From Acidobacteriota bacterium (GTDB taxonomy: Bacteria > Acidobacteriota > UBA6911 > RPQK01 > JAPXNP01), in assembly GCA_020350445.1 (NCBI GenBank), contig CP070717.1:408343-421541 (forward strand): a stretch of 13,199 nucleotides of DNA, in the 5' to 3' direction. Below, piece after piece: positions 1-8,340 of this stretch. Position 1 is the first letter of the stretch. Every line of letters starts with the position of its first letter. A program made the position numbers and the translations under genes. Under the pieces are notes generated by a model that had not been told where the DNA came from, ran no database searches, and saw nothing but the letters and a program-made list of their open reading frames with translations.

Positions 1-1
1 A

Positions 2-370
2 GGAGTACTCGTCAATGCTCAGGCGGGAAGGACAAAAGCGCAGCGTCAGTGGAGATTCCAAAGAGGCGAGGAGCTTGACGAAGAGCTGATTGCTGCATAC
101 GTGGCAGAGGCCGTCCTGAACCAGAAGCGTGGTCTCGAGATCAAGGTGGAACGCGGAGGGGATCTCAAAATCCCCTCCGAACTCACCGCTGTACTCGCTA
201 ACGACTCCGAGCTCAGGTCGGCGTTCGAATCGCTGACCCCGGGAAGACGTAAGGAGTACGCAACGTTCATTGCCGAGGCCAAGCGAGCCGGCACGAAGCA
301 GAAACGGCTGGAGAAGATCCTGCCGATGATTCGCTCGAAAGTTGGCCTCAATGACAAGTACAGGTCCTAG
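2..370 (+). CDS. YdeI/OmpD-associated family protein (PF13376-like C-terminal domain), 5'-partial, since the frame is open to the window start
   Basis: C-terminal motif ...FESLTPGRRKEYATFIAEAKRAGTKQKRLEKILPMIRSKVGL is typical of the YdeI/OmdA 'bacteriocin-protection' family. The reading frame is open from nt 2 with no upstream stop. Stop TAG at 368-370. Confidence 0.7.
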   Translation, partial: GVLVNAQAGRTKAQRQWRFQRGEELDEELIAAYVAEAVLNQKRGLEIKVERGGDLKIPSELTAVLANDSELRSAFESLTPGRRKEYATFIAEAKRAGTKQKRLEKILPMIRSKVGLNDKYRS

Positions 371-375
371 GCCCG

Positions 376-392
376 GGCAGTGGAGCCCTGCC
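376..392. terminator. Small hairpin (GGCAG-tggagcc-CTGCC) in the 33-bp gap between the convergent YdeI-like and HAF genes
   Basis: 5-bp GC-rich stem with a 7-nt loop between two stop codons. No U-tract. Confidence 0.2.
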
Positions 393-403
393 TCACCGAC
401 AGA

Positions 404-1816
404 TCATTGGCAGGTCCCGACGCCAGCGATAGCTTCAAGAAGGCCTTCCCCATCTGCTATCTGGAGCTGACTTGATTTCACCAGAGCCTCAATCCTTGTG
501 GCGACCGCCTGCAATAACTGACAGGCACCTGTGACCCGATAATCGGTCAGCATCTTCTTGACCAACTCCATCTGAACGAGGACTGAGTCAGCTATCCTTT
601 CATCGAACCTGCCGTTCTCAACGAGGGCTCTTATCATCCCCACGATCCTATCGATCTCCGGCACCGCGGCCCGAGGCGAGGCCGGCACCTTCCAGAGAAC
701 AGCCTGCTGGCCGCCCGCATTGGAGGAACTGAACCCGACGATAAGACCGAAGTTGCTGAGGTTCCTGGCCAGGCTTCCAGTATCTCCCTCGAGTGTTCCC
801 AGGTCGATCATCTCCCCGTTCTCCCACAAAAACGCATGGCTCCTGTAATCGTCCGTGTAGCTGGATCCTACGATCTGGCCAAAATCGTTGATTGCCGTGG
901 GAATGGTGTTCAGACCCGACTTGCCAAGTCCCCCAAGATTGGTCCACTCACCCGCTTCCCACAACCACGCGGTCTGGCCCATAGTACCGATGACCTGCCC
1001 GGCGTTATTGATCTTAGGACTGCTGAGAAAGCCGCTCCCGTCCTCCCCAAGTGTCGTTAGAACGCCGTTTTCCCAGACAAATGTGACGTAACTGAATTCG
1101 GGATCCTGGTAATACCCGATAATCTGACCCAAATCATTGATACCCACGGCTTGTCCCGGCAACCCCGGAGTCAAAAAGATGCGTTCGTATCCGTTATCCG
1201 TTCGCTTCCAAAGAACCGGAGTGTGTGTCCGCCGCCCGTAACCGTTGACGCTGATGTAGACCCAGTCCATCCCCACTGCGTCTCCCAGATTGTTGATGTC
1301 ATGCGCGAAACTATAGATATTCCCACCCAGGTGGCTCGGGCCCAGGGCGCCGGGTTCCCAGATGGCTGCAAACGGGCAGTCGTTCGTGCAGGCATAGGCA
1401 TCCCCCACAATCTGTCCCACGTCATTGAAACCCCTGGGTTGACTGTAACGCCCTCCAAAGGTGCCCAGATCAATGATGACTCCATCGTTCCATCGAAAGG
1501 TGTGGTAGGCAAAATCCTCGGTTCGGGACCACCCGATGACATCCCCGAGATTGTTGATTCCGAGAGGACTCGCCTCACCATAGAGCCGAATATCGTGCTC
1601 GATTTGACCATCCCCATCACGGTAGAAAACACTTCTACCACTCGCATAAGTCGCGTACCCAACGATCTCTCCGGCGTCATTCACATCAACGGCCTCCGAT
1701 CGAGTGCCAGACGATGAAAGACCGAGGTCAACGATCTCTGCAACCTGCGCATTGGTCGCTGCTGAGGCCAGGATCAGGATGATTGAATACAGGACAACAA
1801 GAAATATTCGTTGCAT
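404..1816 (-). CDS. Secreted HAF-family extracellular repeat protein with a C-terminal alpha-helical Cys-containing domain
   Basis: N-terminal signal peptide MQRIFLVVLYSIILILASAATNA. About ten repeats of the HAF pattern (YHTFRWNDGVIIDLGTFGG; SHAFLWENGEMIDLGTLEG; INNLGDVIG / FNDVGQIVG / INDLGQIIG / INNAGQVIG / INDFGQIVG). ATG at 1814-1816 is preceded by a strong SD, GGAGGAGAG on the minus strand. Confidence 0.8.
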   Translation of the reverse strand: MQRIFLVVLYSIILILASAATNAQVAEIVDLGLSSSGTRSEAVDVNDAGEIVGYATYASGRSVFYRDGDGQIEHDIRLYGEASPLGINNLGDVIGWSRTEDFAYHTFRWNDGVIIDLGTFGGRYSQPRGFNDVGQIVGDAYACTNDCPFAAIWEPGALGPSHLGGNIYSFAHDINNLGDAVGMDWVYISVNGYGRRTHTPVLWKRTDNGYERIFLTPGLPGQAVGINDLGQIIGYYQDPEFSYVTFVWENGVLTTLGEDGSGFLSSPKINNAGQVIGTMGQTAWLWEAGEWTNLGGLGKSGLNTIPTAINDFGQIVGSSYTDDYRSHAFLWENGEMIDLGTLEGDTGSLARNLSNFGLIVGFSSSNAGGQQAVLWKVPASPRAAVPEIDRIVGMIRALVENGRFDERIADSVLVQMELVKKMLTDYRVTGACQLLQAVATRIEALVKSSQLQIADGEGLLEAIAGVGTCQ

Positions 1817-2232
1817 GATCTCTCCTCCCAGGAATCCGGAGAGCGCGGGGCCTCGGAAGAGAACGAATGCCTATTACCTCCGAGATCTCTTGACCACACC
1901 TAGCCCCGCCCTGGGAACGGTCATACAACGGATCGAACTGTATCGTATCTTGATCCACCCCAGCCCAGTCGGTGCCCCCCTGGCACCTGGATCTGGACCT
2001 TGCCTCGATTCCCTAGGCGTCTATTCTCGACAGATGCGTAATCCCGACGAGTGATCTTCGTCACTCACCCCAACATTCGAATGCAGTAGAATGAGGAATA
2101 AACCATTTTTCGGGGGAGACAACTCTCAGCGGAGGCCGGGACTGATCGCTGGGGCGCCTTCCTCGAACGGCACCACCCCACTGCCCTCCAGCCCCCGCCA
2201 GAGAAGGATCTTTACAGAAAGGAACGCTAACC

Positions 2233-4047
2233 ATGAGAAATCCTACCATCCTGCTGACCGTTGTCTGGCTGCTTGCCTCAATCACTTTCGCCGCTCCGAT
2301 TGAATTTGGAGCCGAAGTCTTGGAGTGGGACCCATCCGGGGGCCTTCCGGCTTCGATGAAACTTTCTATCTCGGGGGGATACGAGATCAGCGTTAAGGTG
2401 ACCAACTTCACTGAAGTAAAGAACGAACAAGGATTCCCAGTTCTCGACACCGATGTGAAACCGGGAGATCAAGTGGAGATCGAGGCGATCCTGACCAGTG
2501 AGGGGTGGGTCGCTCTCGAAGTACAAATCCAGGACGAGGAAAGCGAATTCGAGTTGAAGGGTCCGGTCGAATCCCTGGTGGGGAATACCCTTATGGTCAA
2601 CGGTTTTGCACTGGAAATCGTCACAGGCATCACCCGGATTCGGGACCAGTTCGGCCGCTGGGTTGATCTCGCATCATTCCAGCAGATGGTGGACGAATCT
2701 TCCTCGGGCCTTACGGTCAAAGTGGAGGCCTTGATCGACAATGGAGCCATCATCGCCAAAACGATCAAAGTCTTGAGCCGATTCGTCTCGATCAGCCTGG
2801 AGGGCACAGTTGAGAGCTTTGACGGGTCCACCCTGGAACTCAACCTCGGAGATGGGGTAGTCCTAACGGTCGTTGTCACAACTGAAACGGAAATGCGAGG
2901 TGAGGTGACTCCCGGCGCTCTCGTTCAGCTGAAGGGTTTCATTAATTCGGACCTGGTGGTGGAAGCCTTGAGAATCCGCGTCCGAAAACTCTTCGAACTA
3001 GTGCCCGATGAACTACACCTGCAGTTTAGTGAGTCACGGGATGTATTGGTCGTCCTAGCTCAGGAACTGGACTTTGACCTCGTCCTGAACCTCGATGCCG
3101 AAGATCCGACGATTGCCGAGGTTACGAGCCCGGCACCTCCGATCCTCACCATACCGGCCGGTGACACCAGCGGAGGCTTTCAGGTTCAGGCAGGAGACAT
3201 CGAGGGGAAAACCGTCATCCGGGTAACCCAAGAGGGGGCTGAAGCCAACAGCCGGGTCTTGAAGGTGGAAGTCGAAGAAGCGAAAGAGGGCGAGGAGGGT
3301 GACCACGAACTCGAGGTCAAATGGACTCCGGGGGTGATTCATGCGGCACCGAACGGCTCGGTTGAAGTCCGTCTCATGCTCAAACATGGTGTTGCACCGG
3401 CTGACCTCGAGATACCCCTGCAGCTGCTGGACTGGACGGAGGATCCCTCAGCTATTAGCTTCCCTGGATCAGTCGTCATCCCCGAAGGTAGCCGGGAGGT
3501 CCGATTCAGAATCGAGTTCCTCACCGATTCAGGCAGCGGCCGCATTCGAGCCACACTGCCAGAGATTGCTGGTGGTGATTCCGATGACCTCGAAATTGGA
3601 CTCGTCCCGAGCGATCCCGAGGCCAAGGAACGGATCAAACTTCAGTGGTCTCCATCTGAGCTCAAGTTGGCTCCAGGCGATAACACCTCAGTCCAGTTGG
3701 TGCTGCACAGACCGGCCCCGGACCCGTTCGACGTGACAATCAGTGTGCTGGAAGGGATTGCTTCCACTGCTTCTCTCTCATCCATGACCGTCTCGTTTCC
3801 AGCTGGAGTTACCGTAGCATCGATCCTGGTAACCGCTGGAGCCGAGGAAGGAAGAGTTGTCTTTCAGGCTCTGGCACCGCAGGAACTGGGAGGTGCTCAG
3901 GCCCGTCTGAAAGTTAAAGTTGAAGCGGAAAAGAGTAAGAAGGACGACGAAGAAGACGACCTCGAGGACGATGAAGAAGAGGACGACGAAGAAGAGGACG
4001 ACGAGTCGGGAGACGATGGAGGCAAGAAGAACGGCAAGGGGAATTGA
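2233..4047 (+). CDS. Secreted repeat protein with N-terminal DUF5666-like beta-barrel repeats, three Calx-beta/Ig-like repeats, and a poly-acidic (D/E) C-terminal tail
   Basis: Signal peptide MRNPTILLTVVWLLASITFAAP. Tandem roughly 60-aa repeats (G.V.S....L.V.G..V.V...T......G..V.V.G pattern) as in DUF5666. Three repeats of the type IPAGDTSGGFQVQAGD... / VIPEGSREVRFRIEF... / VSFPAGVTVASILVTAGAEEG. Tail KKDDEEDDLEDDEEEDDEEEDDESGDDGG. SD AAAGGAA lies about 10 nt upstream of ATG 2233. Confidence 0.7.
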   Translation: MRNPTILLTVVWLLASITFAAPIEFGAEVLEWDPSGGLPASMKLSISGGYEISVKVTNFTEVKNEQGFPVLDTDVKPGDQVEIEAILTSEGWVALEVQIQDEESEFELKGPVESLVGNTLMVNGFALEIVTGITRIRDQFGRWVDLASFQQMVDESSSGLTVKVEALIDNGAIIAKTIKVLSRFVSISLEGTVESFDGSTLELNLGDGVVLTVVVTTETEMRGEVTPGALVQLKGFINSDLVVEALRIRVRKLFELVPDELHLQFSESRDVLVVLAQELDFDLVLNLDAEDPTIAEVTSPAPPILTIPAGDTSGGFQVQAGDIEGKTVIRVTQEGAEANSRVLKVEVEEAKEGEEGDHELEVKWTPGVIHAAPNGSVEVRLMLKHGVAPADLEIPLQLLDWTEDPSAISFPGSVVIPEGSREVRFRIEFLTDSGSGRIRATLPEIAGGDSDDLEIGLVPSDPEAKERIKLQWSPSELKLAPGDNTSVQLVLHRPAPDPFDVTISVLEGIASTASLSSMTVSFPAGVTVASILVTAGAEEGRVVFQALAPQELGGAQARLKVKVEAEKSKKDDEEDDLEDDEEEDDEEEDDESGDDGGKKNGKGN

Positions 4048-4101
4048 CCGAAGTTGGCAGGTGGCCACGCGCACCAATTTCCTGTACTCCCGCGGAGAAG
4101 G

Positions 4102-4143
4102 GGCCGAAGATGCATTCGACTAGTGGTCGACGGCAGCATCGGC
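4102..4143. terminator. Imperfect nested hairpin between the convergent DUF5666-like and FG-GAP genes; possible bidirectional terminator, though it lacks a U-tract
   Basis: GGCCG-AAG-ATGC...CGAC-tagtg-GTCG...GCAT-CGGCC: outer stem GGCCG/CGGCC plus ATGC/GCAT, inner stem CGAC/GTCG. Located in the 108-bp gap between two stop codons. No flanking T-run, so intrinsic-terminator status is uncertain. Confidence 0.3.
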
Positions 4144-4155
4144 CCCGGCTGCTGA

Positions 4156-5526
4156 TCATGGAAGGCTGAAGACGTAGATCTGGCCGTCGTCGGTGCCCTT
4201 GCCGTCGATGTCTCTTCCCATCTCACCGACAAAGAGATAGCCTCCGGCGATGGCCGTGCTGCGGCCGAAGAAGAGGTTGTCCTTATCGATGACGTCGTTG
4301 CTTCTCAACACGATGGGAGTCGTCTCATCGCGGTCCACAAAGAGCGTGACCGCACCGACGTTGTAGCATTGACCCGAGTCGGCTCCGGCGTTGGAGGTTC
4401 CCGTCGCAATCTCATCAGAGCCAAAGAAGTCCAGGTCCCCGGCACTGACATTGTCCATCATTCCAAAGTCCGGAACCGGGAGATTCAGGCTCGGTGTCGA
4501 GCCGTAAGGAAATACCGCAATACTGTTCCCGTTAATCGCAGGTGTTGTTACAACATCGGACGAGTTTGCAAGCGTCAGGCGATGCCCAAGATTCTCGTTC
4601 TTGATGGCCCGGGTCACGAAACCTGGTGACGTACTGGGGGTGCAGGTGTAGGGTGGTTTACCTCCGAAGCAACTCAGGGGAAGCGGATAGTGATACACGC
4701 CTCCGGCGCCGCGCTGCTTACTGCTCGCATTCACTGCATCTGCACCCACGTAGAGTCCGTCTGGCCCCACAGCGATCGACTGGCCGAAGTCACCACCTTC
4801 CGGACTGGAGAGTCTATCTGGTAGAGCATCTGACGAATGATAGACGTAAACAGCGTCTGATCCGACGTCACCGACGAGGACTTCGCCGACACCGTCTCCA
4901 TCGACATCACCAAAGCCGACAGACCGGCCAAATGTCAGGGCATCCGCTGGAACTGGAAGAGGATCAACACTCGGCGAAACACCGTCGACATCCCAGATGA
5001 TCGCTGCCTGGTCTGTGGAAATCGAAGCGATGACGATATCGTAGAGCCCATTACCATCCCAGTCGATCAGCTTCATTCCGTCATTTGTGTCCAAATCGTA
5101 GTCACCGTTTCCTGAACCGAGTGCAATCTCCTGGAGAAAGTTCCAGCTCCCGGGGGTTCCGGAGGTCCCGGGGGTAAAAGTGAAGACGAGTACTCGATTG
5201 ACACTGGTATCGACATTGGGCGTCGAGGACGATGAGACAGCAACCAGAACATCAGATCCACGACTGACAGCATCCATAGCGCGGCTACCGATCCGGTAAC
5301 CGTCAAAATTGAGGGTTCCAACGATGGGTTGTGGTTCGGCGTCACTCGTGTCGATCAGGGTGGCAAGGGCGGGCACGCCCGAGGTGGCCTCACAGGTTCC
5401 GCCTCCTCCGTCACCACCTCCACCCGGCTTGCCTCCTCCTTGGCCGCCCTTCGCCGCAGACAACGGTGCCGGGATCAAAAGCATCAGGATTGACAGGATT
5501 GCAAAATAGTACTTTTGGATTTTCAT
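4156..5526 (-). CDS. Secreted FG-GAP (integrin-alpha-like) beta-propeller repeat protein with a Gly-rich N-terminal linker
   Basis: FG-GAP repeat signatures (FGRSVGFGDVDGDGVGEVLVGDVGSDAVYVY; FGQSIAVGPDGLYVGA; DWDGNGLYDIVIAS). The start is placed at the internal ATG 5524-5526 (MKIQKYYFAILSILMLLIPAPLSAA, a signal peptide), preceded by SD AAGGAGA on the minus strand. The ORF-track start at 5577 is probably too far upstream. Confidence 0.75.
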   Translation of the reverse strand: MKIQKYYFAILSILMLLIPAPLSAAKGGQGGGKPGGGGDGGGGTCEATSGVPALATLIDTSDAEPQPIVGTLNFDGYRIGSRAMDAVSRGSDVLVAVSSSSTPNVDTSVNRVLVFTFTPGTSGTPGSWNFLQEIALGSGNGDYDLDTNDGMKLIDWDGNGLYDIVIASISTDQAAIIWDVDGVSPSVDPLPVPADALTFGRSVGFGDVDGDGVGEVLVGDVGSDAVYVYHSSDALPDRLSSPEGGDFGQSIAVGPDGLYVGADAVNASSKQRGAGGVYHYPLPLSCFGGKPPYTCTPSTSPGFVTRAIKNENLGHRLTLANSSDVVTTPAINGNSIAVFPYGSTPSLNLPVPDFGMMDNVSAGDLDFFGSDEIATGTSNAGADSGQCYNVGAVTLFVDRDETTPIVLRSNDVIDKDNLFFGRSTAIAGGYLFVGEMGRDIDGKGTDDGQIYVFSLP

Positions 5527-5723
5527 TCGTCGACTTTCTCCTTTGCTGGATTTGCCGCCCGAACGGTGTAAGACCATCTGACGACTTTCTGACTTTGTAA
5601 ATTCGCACTCTCAAATGGAGCATTCGTGAAAAGATTTGATGCCTTTATAACGGCAGCCCTCAGGAGGAACACTTTCCATTTCCTTACGATTGCCTTACCA
5701 TTGGCGTTAAGAAGTTTTTCTCA
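5527..5723. promoter_or_regulatory. Divergent intergenic region expected to hold promoters for the FG-GAP gene (-) and the CadC-like regulator gene (+)
   Basis: A 197-bp non-coding gap between divergently oriented starts, lower GC than the flanking CDS, with TTGATG and TATAAC hexamer-like elements. SD AAGGAGA for the minus-strand gene at about 5536-5542. No confident -35/-10 pair could be assigned. Confidence 0.35.
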
Positions 5724-8144
5724 ATGAACATCGATAGACTGCAACAGGGATTCCGGATCGGGGAATGGACTGTTGATCCAAAAGGTAATCGGCTCCAACG
5801 GAACTGTGAGTCCAGCGACATAGAGCCTCGGGCGATGGATCTTCTCGTTTTTCTAGCCTCCCGGGCGGGGACAACCGCATCGAAAGAGGAGATCTTTGAG
5901 GCCGTCTGGGCGAACACCTTCGTTACGGATAGCGCCCTCTGGAAGTGTGTTTCCGAGTTGCGGAGGGTGCTGGAGGAGGACCCTCGGAATCCAAAGCTGA
6001 TTTTGACAGTGCCGAGGCGTGGCTACCGTCTGCAGGCAGCCGTTGAAAAACTTTCGGAGTTAAGGTCGGATCCCGGACCCAATGCTCGCATTAATCGCCG
6101 CTGGCTCTTTGCAGCCGGGATTCTCATTGGTATCGGTTTCCTAATTGTTCTGGCCCTGTGGGTCGGAAGAAGTGATAAGGGCCCGGCGCCCGCAGGTTCG
6201 GCAGACCGCCCAACAGTCCTGCTGGCACCACTCGACAACCGAACGGGGGACCTGCTTCTGGACGGTACCTTGGAGGTAGTGCTGGAAGGACGTCTCAATG
6301 ATTCAGGTAAGGTCCAAGTGGTTTCCCGAGCGCGTGTGGAGGACTCGCTCAAGCTCATGCGCTGGCCTCCGAACACTCCTTTAAGCACGGGGCTGGCTCG
6401 TAAGGTCAGCCTGCGCGACGGCGAGGTGGACTTCCTTGTATCCGGGCAGATCGATGATCTTGGCTCCCGCTATCATGTCACCTTACGTCTTTTGGACGGC
6501 CAATCTCACGAACTGGTGGCATCGAACGATCTGGGAACCGACTCTCGTGAGGGCCTACTAACCCTCGTCAACGAACTCGCGTTCTGGCTCATCGGACAAC
6601 TCGGTGATGAAGGGCCTGATCGAACAGACAAGCCTGAGCGGGTCACGACGACGTCGATCGAGGCACTGAGTCTGTATACCCGCGGCGTGGCTGAATACCT
6701 TGAAACCCAGCGCCAGAATGATCCACTTCCGAAGCGTTTTCAGAAGTACGGCGCAGCGGCTCGGCTGTTCGAAGAAGCGACACAGATCGATCCGGAATTC
6801 TCCTCCGCACACCTCATGCTGGCCTGGAGTCGAGTCATGATGGATCGTCATGATCCTCAACGGCCACAAGAAGTCGAGGTCGTCTATCGCGGAACTGTGG
6901 AGACGGGCCGAGAAGACGTTGTGACCCGTTCCGCCTGGGACGCTATGGAACAAGCCATGAGCGCCCGCGAATATGCTTCGTTGGTCGAGAGGGCCTTCAT
7001 CCAGGGCTGCTACCTGAACTGGAAAGGGGACTATCGGGAAGCCGTGCCCTACTATCGACTGGCTGTTGAATTGGAGCCGGAACATCACTGGGCAGCGGCT
7101 AATCTGGCGGCATTGGGAAGAACTCTGGACGACAGCGACATTTACATTGAAGGCCAAATGCACTTATATCGCGGGAGGCGGGATTTCCAGGGATGGGCCC
7201 TCAGAACCATCGTACAGACAGCGGGGAAGCTGGAAGCCGCTCAAGAGATACGCGAACGAGCGGGAATGATGCTGGGGGCGGAATCGGATCCAATGGCAGA
7301 CGCGTTGACTGCCGCCACAGTTGAGGACCTTCCCCACGCTTCGCTCGCTGAGCTTTGGGCGTTTGACGTCTGGAGCCTTTGGCAGCAAGAGAGGTACGCC
7401 GAGGCCCGAGTTCTACTCGAGACCCTTGCCCGGCACGTCTCGAACCTCGATGCCAGCAGTGTGGACGTCTCCACAAACGGCTATGGTCATTATCTGGCAG
7501 GCCTGCAGATTGGCCTCGGCCTGCTGCAGGAGGGCCGGGCGACTCAGAAGCGCTACAACCTGCACTATCAGGTTGAAAACTGGGCGTCGTGGATCTGTTC
7601 ACCAGGAATCCTGCTGGCCTTTCTGGAGGAGACCGGGGAGAGGCCGCGGGGCGAGACCGTAGACGGTTGGCCAAGGATGTATTTCGACCGTAGCTTTGCG
7701 GCCGCTTGGAAACCCGACAATCGGATAGGCGAGACATGGGAGGAGTTGGCAAGAATCCTGACGTTCGGTACCACCGAACGGATCGACGGTTTGAGAGCCT
7801 GGCTCGATCGACACTCTGGCATCCTCTACCGCCAGGATACCCAGGCCTTTTTTGGCGTCCGATGGTTTCTGGCCCGAGACTTGTTGATTGAGGAGCGCCT
7901 CGAGGAAGCCAGGAAAAGCCTCGAGGAGATCATTGCCGACCGAAACCGGACTTGGGTCGGTGGGATCGTAATCTGGCAGAAAGCCGCAATGGATCTGATC
8001 CGCGTGTACCGAAAACTGGGATCATCCGGCAAGGCGGAGAAGTTGGCGTCCGAACTCGCTGAGATGCTCCAGTCGGCTGACCCCGACCATCCAATCCTGG
8101 GCGAACTGAGCGCGGAACCTCCCCCACCGTCAATACCTCGCTGA
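5724..8144 (+). CDS. CadC/ToxR-like membrane-anchored transcriptional regulator: N-terminal OmpR/PhoB-type winged helix, one TM helix, periplasmic TolB-N-like plus TPR-like domain
   Basis: N-terminus matches the Trans_reg_C pattern (EPRAMDLLVFLASRAGTTASKEEIFEAVWANTFVTDSALWKCVSELRRVLEEDPRNPKLILTVPRRGYRLQ). Hydrophobic segment WLFAAGILIGIGFLIVLALWVG follows, then a long helical TPR-like C-terminal region. No receiver domain, so it is a one-component regulator. Confidence 0.75.
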   Translation: MNIDRLQQGFRIGEWTVDPKGNRLQRNCESSDIEPRAMDLLVFLASRAGTTASKEEIFEAVWANTFVTDSALWKCVSELRRVLEEDPRNPKLILTVPRRGYRLQAAVEKLSELRSDPGPNARINRRWLFAAGILIGIGFLIVLALWVGRSDKGPAPAGSADRPTVLLAPLDNRTGDLLLDGTLEVVLEGRLNDSGKVQVVSRARVEDSLKLMRWPPNTPLSTGLARKVSLRDGEVDFLVSGQIDDLGSRYHVTLRLLDGQSHELVASNDLGTDSREGLLTLVNELAFWLIGQLGDEGPDRTDKPERVTTTSIEALSLYTRGVAEYLETQRQNDPLPKRFQKYGAAARLFEEATQIDPEFSSAHLMLAWSRVMMDRHDPQRPQEVEVVYRGTVETGREDVVTRSAWDAMEQAMSAREYASLVERAFIQGCYLNWKGDYREAVPYYRLAVELEPEHHWAAANLAALGRTLDDSDIYIEGQMHLYRGRRDFQGWALRTIVQTAGKLEAAQEIRERAGMMLGAESDPMADALTAATVEDLPHASLAELWAFDVWSLWQQERYAEARVLLETLARHVSNLDASSVDVSTNGYGHYLAGLQIGLGLLQEGRATQKRYNLHYQVENWASWICSPGILLAFLEETGERPRGETVDGWPRMYFDRSFAAAWKPDNRIGETWEELARILTFGTTERIDGLRAWLDRHSGILYRQDTQAFFGVRWFLARDLLIEERLEEARKSLEEIIADRNRTWVGGIVIWQKAAMDLIRVYRKLGSSGKAEKLASELAEMLQSADPDHPILGELSAEPPPPSIPR

Positions 8145-8282
8145 ACTGAAGAGTGGCCGGAATCCGCGAGAGAAACTCCTCAGGTGCCCACCTCTGAAGC
8201 GGACTTATACGCCCGAAGCACGAACCAGGAGGCCGCCTTCAAATCGAAGTCCCTTTTCCATCCCATTTTTCTTGCCTTTCAG

Positions 8283-8322
8283 ATTGTACTAATGTACTAT
8301 TACTTTATTAGACCACTACAAT
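8283..8322 (+). promoter_or_regulatory. AT-rich putative promoter/operator upstream of the GntR-SPFH operon, with TGTACTA direct repeats and an ATTGTA...TACAAT inverted repeat
   Basis: Local GC drop (agattgtactaatgtactattactttattagaccactacaat). TGTACTA appears twice (8286-8292 and 8294-8300). CTAAT...ATTAG and ATTGTAC...CTACAAT inverted pairs. TACAAT -10-like hexamer at 8317-8322, about 19 nt upstream of the GTG start. GntR regulators commonly autoregulate through GT...AC-containing palindromes. Confidence 0.4.
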
Positions 8323-8340
8323 TCTCACGAGGTTGAGGCT

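Noticed and set aside
46-357. 103-aa minus-strand ORF overlapping the YdeI-like gene
   Set aside because: It is antisense to a frame with a clear conserved-family motif. Its sequence is low-complexity (SSSSSSS) and lacks start context.
1151-1717. Long overlapping ORFs inside the HAF gene (188 aa + strand, 169 aa - strand). Similar shadow ORFs lie inside the CadC-like gene (6558-7163 -, 7201-7752 -) and the kinase gene (12008-12454 +, 11266-11619 +).
   Set aside because: These are typical high-GC antisense or alternate-frame open frames. They carry no domain signatures, whereas the host frames carry clear repeat or domain signatures. Their products are Arg/Pro/Ser-rich nonsense.
1981-2003. 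TGGCAC ... TTGC resembling a sigma-54 -24/-12 promoter upstream of the DUF5666-like gene
   Set aside because: The spacing between the GG and GC elements is about 20 nt, not the required roughly 10 nt, so it does not fit the sigma-54 consensus.
3897-4232. 111-aa minus-strand ORF with a poly-Ser run (SSSSSSSSSSSSRSSSSSS)
   Set aside because: It is the reverse-complement shadow of the GAA/GAC triplet run that encodes the acidic tail of the DUF5666-like protein, and it bridges two real convergent genes.
5527-5577. ORF-track start for the FG-GAP gene at 5577 (MVLHRSGGKSSKGESRR...)
   Set aside because: The upstream extension is Arg/Ser/Gly-rich with no SD. The internal ATG at 5526 has a good SD (AAGGAGA) and is followed directly by a canonical signal peptide, so the shorter model is preferred.
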